NCBI GenBank assembly: GCA_032128375.1
Contig: JAQBGU010000061.1
Coordinates: 1-44,129 of the forward strand
From: Deltaproteobacteria bacterium
Lineage (GTDB): Bacteria; Myxococcota_A; UBA9160; SMWR01
Length of the DNA: 44,129 bases
Direction of reading: 5' to 3'
The stretch's first letter is position 1; the number at the start of each line of letters is the position of its first letter. Below, piece by piece: positions 37,917 to 44,129 of the stretch. The position numbers and the translations under genes are program-made. The notes beneath the pieces were generated by a model. The model was not told the DNA's origin, searched no databases, and was given only the letters and a program-made list of their open reading frames with translations.

Positions 37917-38840
37917 CTAGCGGGGCCCTGCCGCGATCACCGCTTCGCCGAAGTGGGCCACATTTTCGATGTACATCGCGCGCGTGGCGCTCGGGACGCC
38001 GACGCTCACCCAGTTCACGCCGATTGCATCCAGCGCATGAATCTGGTCGACGAGTTTCGATGCATCGAAGTCGTCTCGCGCGTTCATTGCGTTTTCGAAC
38101 GGCACGAAGTTGATGTCGAGCGGTGCTTCGCGGCCTTCCTCGCTCGCACAATCGCGCAGGTAGTTGATTTTTCCTGCCAGGTCATCGAGGTTCTCGATCG
38201 CGGCGGTTCGGGTGCGGTTGCTGAACCTGGCCGCTATCGGAAAGGGGCTCCAGCCCTGCGCATATCGCGCGGCCCGACGGATCGCGACTTTGCTGTTGCC
38301 ACCTATCCAGATTGGCGGATGCGGACGTTGGATCGGTCGGGGCAGCATCGTGTTGCCGGTGGCCTCGAAGCCATGCCCTGCAAACCGCACGGACTCCCCC
38401 GACCACGCGAGCTTCATCGCGACGAGGGCTTCGTCGGTCAACTCGTTGCGCGCCGAAAAGTCGGCGCCCAACGCGTGGTACTCGGCCTCGAGATAACCCG
38501 CTGCGATTCCGACAATCACACGTCCACCCGAAAGCACATCGAGGCTCGCGATCGACTTCGCGATCAGAAACGGGTTGCGATACGCGAGAACCAGAATGTT
38601 GGTGTGTAGCCGCAGGCGCTCGGTTGCTGTGGCCACCGCCGTGAGCGCAACGAATGGATCGAGCGCGTGATGGCCCCCGCTGTCGAGCCAGTCGTCCGAG
38701 GGGAACGGATGTTCTGTGACAAAGCAGGCGTCGAACCCGGCCGCTTCGGCGGCTTGGGCCATTTCGCAAATGGCGCCAACGCTGACGAACTCGCCGAGCT
38801 GGTCGACCCGATCGGTGGGCAGTTGGACGGAATAGCGCAT
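37917..38840 (-). CDS. LLM-class probable F420-dependent oxidoreductase (Rv2161c-like)
   Basis: AEAAGFD, TEHP, LDPFVAL, YRNPFLIAK, LSGGR, PPIWIGGNS. Confidence 0.88.
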   Translation of the reverse strand: MRYSVQLPTDRVDQLGEFVSVGAICEMAQAAEAAGFDACFVTEHPFPSDDWLDSGGHHALDPFVALTAVATATERLRLHTNILVLAYRNPFLIAKSIASLDVLSGGRVIVGIAAGYLEAEYHALGADFSARNELTDEALVAMKLAWSGESVRFAGHGFEATGNTMLPRPIQRPHPPIWIGGNSKVAIRRAARYAQGWSPFPIAARFSNRTRTAAIENLDDLAGKINYLRDCASEEGREAPLDINFVPFENAMNARDDFDASKLVDQIHALDAIGVNWVSVGVPSATRAMYIENVAHFGEAVIAAGPR

Positions 38841-39007
38841 CGCTCACCCGCAGCCTGGCCGGTGATCGTACCATTTCGAGCTTGGCCGGTGGTAGACAGC
38901 ATGCCAAAACTTCGACTGGAGTCGAGAACGTGACGATCGCGGTCATTTGCTGGCCAGGCGTTTCGTGCGGGCCGTGTCACGCCGACCCAAGGGATTCGGC
39001 CCCAGCT

Positions 39008-40054
39008 CTAGTGCACCTCGAGTTCGCTTAGGCTTCGGATGATTGCGGCCGGGGCTCGATTGGCGAAATCTTCCGCGACGCACGTTCCGGTCAGAACCGC
39101 CACGATCGAAATACCCGCCGCGCTTGCGGCGATCGCATCGATAAAGTGGTCGCCGACGTAGATCGCTTCTGATCGAACCACGTCAAGGCGCTCGCATGCC
39201 AGCACCAGGGCTTCGGGGTCCGGTTTCAGCCGTTCAACATCCTCTCCCCCGACGATGACCGAAAACGCGGATGCGAGCCCGTGCGTCTGGAGGATTTCTT
39301 CGATTCGGTAGCGGAACTTCGTCGATGCGATGCCAAGCCGCAGCCCACGGTCACAGAGTCGCTTTGCGATCGACGCGACGTCCGGATACGGTAGCGTGAG
39401 CTGCGCCATGACCTGGTCGGCGCGCTCGACGAACGCGGCTTCGAACACGGCAATCGCGCTGGGGTCGGCGTTCGCGGTCAACTGTACGCAGGTTTCGCGC
39501 AGCGAAAGCCCGACCGTGTGTCGAATGCGCTCTGGGTTGGCTTCGCCAATCCCGAGCCTGCGCAGCGCGAAGTTCGCGCACTCGATTGCACCCGCCGACG
39601 AATCAGCCAGCGTGTAGTCGAAGTCGAACAGAACCGCGCGGGTTCGCTGCTGCCTGAGTGCGGGATGAATCAATGTCGGCAGCACTTCGCCAAAAAAGTG
39701 ACGATCCGATTCGAATATCGGATGGAGTGCACGGTGCTGGTGCGCTTCGATCCAGTGTGCTCCGGCGACCTCGCGTCCGTCCGGCTCGAGCGCGCCGCCG
39801 ATGATGTCAGCCGCCCACCAGTGGAGTCGAAACTCCCCACCTTGACTCACGCTGTGCCATACGCGACAAATCGGCTTCACCACGAAGCCGACCTCTTCTT
39901 GAACCTCGCGGACGAGCGCTGCCTCGATAGACTCGCCGGGTTCTACCTTGCCGCTCACCGGAGCCCAATAACCGGGAAACGGGACATCGGCACCGCGTTG
40001 GATCATGAGTACCTGGTTTCCGCGAAACAAGATTGCGACGACGCCGTCTCGCAT
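39008..40054 (-). CDS. Nudix hydrolase fused to a HAD (Gph-like) phosphatase
   Basis: Complete Nudix box GKVEPGESIEAALVREVQEEVG; then FDFDYTLADS, ASTK, KPDP and GDHFID HAD motifs in the same frame. Confidence 0.88.
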   Translation of the reverse strand: MRDGVVAILFRGNQVLMIQRGADVPFPGYWAPVSGKVEPGESIEAALVREVQEEVGFVVKPICRVWHSVSQGGEFRLHWWAADIIGGALEPDGREVAGAHWIEAHQHRALHPIFESDRHFFGEVLPTLIHPALRQQRTRAVLFDFDYTLADSSAGAIECANFALRRLGIGEANPERIRHTVGLSLRETCVQLTANADPSAIAVFEAAFVERADQVMAQLTLPYPDVASIAKRLCDRGLRLGIASTKFRYRIEEILQTHGLASAFSVIVGGEDVERLKPDPEALVLACERLDVVRSEAIYVGDHFIDAIAASAAGISIVAVLTGTCVAEDFANRAPAAIIRSLSELEVH

Positions 40055-40056
40055 GC

Positions 40057-40557
40057 TCAGCCAGTGATCCGCTTCCACACCGCGATTTTTTCTCTCAAAG
40101 ACAGGGCGGCGTGCGCGGGGCTCGTCGATGGAAGCCGCAGGTAAGTGATCGGATCGGGGTCGGCTAGTGTCGGCGAGACGAGTCTGTGATAGGCGTTTTC
40201 GGCCTTCGCGCCGTTGAAGTAGACGCGGTCGACTTTCGGATGCGCTTCGAAGAACGCAGCGAAGTCGTTCGGAACGATCGACGCGTCGACGATGTCCGAA
40301 TCGAGACTCGATTTGCGACGGCACGCGTTCATCACATCCCACAGTGCGACCCGGTTCGCAGTCAGCTGCCGGAGCCGCTCTGGGTAGGGTGCGTCAGACG
40401 CGATGCCGAACAGATGCTCGATGATCTTCCAAAATGCGTTGCGCGGGTGCGCGTAATACTGCTGGGCCGACAGCGATGCTTTGCCTGGCATGCTGCCGAG
40501 GATCAACACGTTCGCGTTAGTGCACGATACCGGTGCGAAACTCTGTATCGGTTGCAT
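40057..40557 (-). CDS. DNA-deoxyinosine (hypoxanthine) glycosylase, UDG family 6
   Basis: LILGSMPG, QYYAHPRNAFW, ALWDV, SSLDSDI, FNG, LPSTSPA. Confidence 0.9.
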   Translation of the reverse strand: MQPIQSFAPVSCTNANVLILGSMPGKASLSAQQYYAHPRNAFWKIIEHLFGIASDAPYPERLRQLTANRVALWDVMNACRRKSSLDSDIVDASIVPNDFAAFFEAHPKVDRVYFNGAKAENAYHRLVSPTLADPDPITYLRLPSTSPAHAALSLREKIAVWKRITG

Positions 40558-40752
40558 TCCCGCCTCGAGTCGTCTGTCGTGGATTCGCGCCCAACCAGCT
40601 GACCCGCGTCGGTCCTTCCGCCTCTACGGGCTCAACGAGAACAGCCCCACTGCTCGTCCGGGAAAATTGCGGCTCCGGCTGGTCGCAAACCACAGGCTAT
40701 CATCAAACCGCCGGCGAGCTGCCCTTTTCACGGCTCTGGCGAGAGTGTCGGA

Positions 40753-41958
40753 GTGAGGTTGGAAGTCAACTACATCGCATTGGCGGCACCGGCGTTCCTG
40801 CTGTTGATCGGGCTCGAGCTGTTCGTTGTGCGCAGAGACAAACGCGAGTACTACCGGTTGTCCGATTCGATGAACAATATGGCGACCGGCATCCTCCAGC
40901 AGCTGATTGCGATCCTGTGCGCCGTCTGGATCGTGGGAGTCTACGCGTGGATCCACGAGAGTTTACGACTCTTCGATCTGTCGGACACAAACGTGTGGGT
41001 CTGGGTCGCCTGCTTCATTGCGATCGACTTCGCCTACTACTGGTACCATCGGCTCGCTCACGAGGTCAACTTTCTGTGGGCGAGCCACATTGCCCACCAC
41101 CAGAGCGAGGAATACAACCTCAGCGTGGCCCTCCGACAGGGGGCCTTCCTGCCGCTGTTTTCCTGTGTGTTCTACTGGCCGATCGCGTTGATCGGGTTTC
41201 CGCCTGCAATCTTTGCGGCCTGTCTGGCGTTCGACACGCTCTACCAGTTCTGGATCCACACGCGTACGATCGCGCGGCTTGGCCCGCTGGAAGCGGTTTT
41301 CATGACGCCCTCCCATCACCGGGTGCATCACGGCCGCAACCCGGTCTATATCGATCGGAATCACGGTGGATGTTTCATCGTCTGGGACAAGTGGTTTGGC
41401 ACCTTCGAACCCGAGACGGAAGAGGTGGTGTTTGGGATCACCAAGAAGCTCGGCAGCTGGAACCCGGTGTGGGCAAACTTCCACTACTGGATCGAGATCG
41501 GATCGGCCGCGCTTCGCACGCATCGGGTTCGCGACAAGTTTCTGATGTTCGTCAAACCACCGGGTTGGTACCCGGAAGACCTGGGTGGATTCAGTCCTGC
41601 ACCACAGCTCGAGCGGCCGACGAAGAAGTTCGATCCGCCGCTGCCGCGCCGCACTGCGGTCTACTGCGCGTTGCAATTCGTTCAAGCGCTCTTGCTGGCC
41701 TCGGCGATTCCGGCGCTGGCGGGAGGCTTCGAGCCCGCCGCACTGTGGTTGGCTGCTGGCCTCGTGACCTGGTCGCTGCTCAACACGGGCGTACTCGCCG
41801 ACGGTCGCCGCTGGGCCGTCGGGTCCGAACTCGTTCGTGTCATCGCGACACCGCTCTTATGTGTTCCGCTGGTACCCGCGATCGGTATCTGGGTTCCCAT
41901 CGCACTGGCGCTCAACATCGTCCCGCTGGTCCAGTGGATTCGTGCTGCTCGCGGATGA
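40753..41958 (+). CDS. Sterol desaturase / alkylglycerol monooxygenase-like membrane di-iron enzyme
   Basis: YYWYHRLAHEVN, HIAHHQSEEYNLSVALRQ, QFWIHT, PSHHRVHH, IVWDKWFGTF and a C-terminal TM extension. Confidence 0.9.
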   Translation: MRLEVNYIALAAPAFLLLIGLELFVVRRDKREYYRLSDSMNNMATGILQQLIAILCAVWIVGVYAWIHESLRLFDLSDTNVWVWVACFIAIDFAYYWYHRLAHEVNFLWASHIAHHQSEEYNLSVALRQGAFLPLFSCVFYWPIALIGFPPAIFAACLAFDTLYQFWIHTRTIARLGPLEAVFMTPSHHRVHHGRNPVYIDRNHGGCFIVWDKWFGTFEPETEEVVFGITKKLGSWNPVWANFHYWIEIGSAALRTHRVRDKFLMFVKPPGWYPEDLGGFSPAPQLERPTKKFDPPLPRRTAVYCALQFVQALLLASAIPALAGGFEPAALWLAAGLVTWSLLNTGVLADGRRWAVGSELVRVIATPLLCVPLVPAIGIWVPIALALNIVPLVQWIRAARG

Positions 41959-42039
41959 GGCGTTTCGAGAGCCCAAGATCGCGTCCTTTCGAGCCGCATC
42001 GCTCCTGCGGCGACATCAGCTTGGGAGAATGGGCCAGCG

Positions 42040-42310
42040 GTAGATGTCAACCGGGTGGCTTAGCGACTCACAATAGGGTAACAGCCACGATCAACTCAGG
42101 TGCCGTGGCTCACCTGCATAGAATCTGACAAGTGTTAGATGCTATGCGGGTCGTTCCTGTCCTCCTTCATGGAACAACAACACCTTGAAGGAGGAACCTG
42201 TGTCCACAACAACAACGACCCGCACACTTGACGATACCTCACGCGAAACTTGTCTATTTCTGGCATTTGAGCTGGGTGAGAAAGAGTGAAAGATCGCTTG
42301 CGCGACATCC
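42040..42310 (+). mobile_element. IS110-family element remnant: structured left end plus 5' stub of the transposase
   Basis: RBS GAAGGAGG, then GTG 42200 reading MSTTTTTRTLDDTSRETCLFLAFELGEKE*KIA. This resembles the L(F/Y)LAFELS..W.K N-terminus of an IS110 subgroup with the Trp codon changed to TGA at 42287. Hairpins upstream; boundaries approximate. Confidence 0.55.
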
Positions 42311-42476
42311 AAGATGCACGCTCACTCCAGCGGGAGTTCCGCACACTCGTCAAGGAACGCACACGTTCGAGCAACCGGATCCGAGGGCTTCTGTCTGGTC
42401 ACGGCCTGGTAGGCGGTCGATTGCGGCTCCGCGGTAAAGTGCGAGGGTGAACACCCACGGGCATGCGAGCCGCGTC

Positions 42477-42520
42477 CTGAAATCAAGGTGTCGCCAGTTC
42501 GATTCTCGCCTGGGCCACCA
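42477..42520 (+). tRNA. Degenerate 3' half of tRNA-Phe (att-like scar, not a functional tRNA)
   Basis: CTGAAA-TCAAG-GTGTC-GCCAG-TTCGATT-CTCGC-CTGGGCC-A-CCA gives the anticodon loop (one base short), 3' anticodon stem, variable loop, T-arm (one mismatch), acceptor strand and CCA. No D-arm or 5' acceptor strand upstream. Confidence 0.7.
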
Positions 42521-42855
42521 CGAGTGCGTCGGGGTCTCAGACACGCGGGTCCCTGTGCCTCGCGACATCCTCACTCTCCTCTCGACGAGCCTACCGCCCC
42601 AATCGCCTCGCCTCCGGGCTGCACCACGCAAGACGCGCGGATGCGCCGCCCCCTTTCACGCAAAGAAGAGCCCTTTCATCCGAATGGATTACACACAAGG
42701 ATGTCACACATGAGAGCATGTACATTGATGGTGCGGCGCATCGGTGAGGCGGGAACGCGCGAAGGCGCTGCTAGAGGATTGATTGACACACCGACGGGCC
42801 GGGGTGTAGCGTAACCGCCCGGAACAGGAATTCCTGTCCCCTGGAGGATATCCCA

Positions 42856-44129
42856 ATGCCGTCTCGTCGCTACGCCGTCTCCCGAAGTACACGCCTTGCC
42901 ACCGTCGGTCTCCTCGCTCTCGCAGCGCTGCTCATGGCGCCCAACACCTGCGGGAACGCATGGACGATCGAGATCCTCTCGAGCGCCCCGCATCAGGTGA
43001 GTGGCGGCGACGCGCTGGTGCGGGTGGGATTTCCCGGCGGTGTCCTCAAGCCGAACGCAGTCCTGCTGTTGAACGGAGCGGACGTGACGGACTCGCTCGC
43101 GCCCGACGGCGGAAACCTGGTGGGCGTGGTCGAGGGGTTCACCCTCGGCAGCAACCTGCTCGAGCTGAAGGGGAACGCAAATGCCACCGCGGTGAAGGCG
43201 GTGCTCCTCGCAACCAATCACCCGGAGAGCGGACCGATCTTCTCGGGCCCCCAGCAGCAGCCCTTCGTCTGCACGACGGCGCGCGCGTCGCTCGGGCAAC
43301 CGATCGTCGACAACCAGGACGAGATCGGCATCCCGGTGGCTCTCGAGGACGGGAACGGGAACTACCCCAGCGATGGGAGGGGCTATCCGACGGCCGGGGC
43401 CGAGATCGTGGGCTGGAGCAAGGACTGCGCCGGCGAGCGGCGCCTCGATTACCTGTACCGCTCGACGGGCGGCCAGTTCCTCCCCCTCGACAGTCCCGGT
43501 GTACCGCTGCCCGGCGACATCGCCATGACGACGACCCTCGACGGGCAGACCGCCCCCTACATCGTGCGCTGGGAGCGCGGCACCAACAACCGCTTCATCT
43601 ACAGCGTCGCGATGCTGGCGCCGACCAGCGAGAGCGACCCGAACGAGCCTGACGACTCACTCTGGAACGGCCGCCTCGTCATCAGCCTCCAGGGCGGCGT
43701 TGCGATCGGTCGCACCCAGGGCACGACGAGCACGAGCGCACGGCTGCTGGACGACCAACTGCGGCTCGGTTACGCGGTGGTGAACTCGACCGGCCTGCGT
43801 ACCAACACGCACTACAACCTCCAGCTCGGCGGCGAGACCGCGCTGATGCTGAAGGAGCACTTCATCGAGGACCACGGCGTGCCCCTCTACACGGTGGGCG
43901 TCGGCGGTTCCGGCGGCGCGATCCAGCAGTACGTGTACGCGCAGAACCACCCCGGCCTGCTCGACGCCGCGATTCCGCAGTACTCCTACTCCGACATGAT
44001 CACCCAGACGATCCACGTCGGGGACTGCGAGCTGCTCGAGCACTACTTCGACGCGACCGACGCTTCCAATCCGCGCTGGGAGAACGTGCTGAACCGCCGC
44101 GCCGTCGAGGGCCTGAACGCGAGCCGCAG
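42856..44129 (+). CDS. Secreted DUF6351-like (tannase-related alpha/beta hydrolase) protein; truncated at the window edge
   Basis: Absent from the ORF track (no stop). GGAGG RBS; MPSRRYAV...signal peptide...LSSAPHQVSGGDALVRV, NHPESGPIFSGPQQQPFVCTT, WNGRL, GVGGSGGAIQQY, PGLLDAAIP. Confidence 0.82.
   Translation, partial: MPSRRYAVSRSTRLATVGLLALAALLMAPNTCGNAWTIEILSSAPHQVSGGDALVRVGFPGGVLKPNAVLLLNGADVTDSLAPDGGNLVGVVEGFTLGSNLLELKGNANATAVKAVLLATNHPESGPIFSGPQQQPFVCTTARASLGQPIVDNQDEIGIPVALEDGNGNYPSDGRGYPTAGAEIVGWSKDCAGERRLDYLYRSTGGQFLPLDSPGVPLPGDIAMTTTLDGQTAPYIVRWERGTNNRFIYSVAMLAPTSESDPNEPDDSLWNGRLVISLQGGVAIGRTQGTTSTSARLLDDQLRLGYAVVNSTGLRTNTHYNLQLGGETALMLKEHFIEDHGVPLYTVGVGGSGGAIQQYVYAQNHPGLLDAAIPQYSYSDMITQTIHVGDCELLEHYFDATDASNPRWENVLNRRAVEGLNASR

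Noticed and set aside
42400..42520. Intact tRNA or tmRNA gene
   Set aside because: No D-arm or complementary 5' acceptor strand at the right distance; the T-stem has a mismatch.

Overview
High-GC bacterial chromosomal window of mostly metabolic and housekeeping genes. It contains htpG, a MATE transporter, an aldehyde dehydrogenase, a badI-badH-like pair, three luciferase-like (likely F420-dependent) oxidoreductases, three SnoaL/NTF2 proteins, an Rv3722c-type aminotransferase, a glyoxylate reductase-like dehydrogenase, and a probable oxalate-activation pair (acyl-CoA ligase plus PanE-like reductase). It also has pnuC, a NadR-like kinase, a phosphotransferase, a sulfatase, an Ada-AlkA fusion, a hypoxanthine-DNA glycosylase followed by a Nudix-HAD fusion, a divergent GluQ-like protein, an AGMO-like desaturase and several GT-C-like membrane proteins. 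The most notable items are: (1) an AglB/STT3-like oligosaccharyltransferase that appears to lack WWDYG; (2) a ClpX-zinc-finger/HTH regulator with twin GTCAAG-N5-CTTGAC operators, divergent from a His-motif membrane protein; (3) at the right end, an IS110-like transposase remnant with a structured non-coding leader, followed by a 3'-half tRNA-Phe att-like scar and an apparent shift in codon style; (4) many decayed gene fragments in the intergenic spaces. All calls come from motif recognition by eye; no database searches were run.
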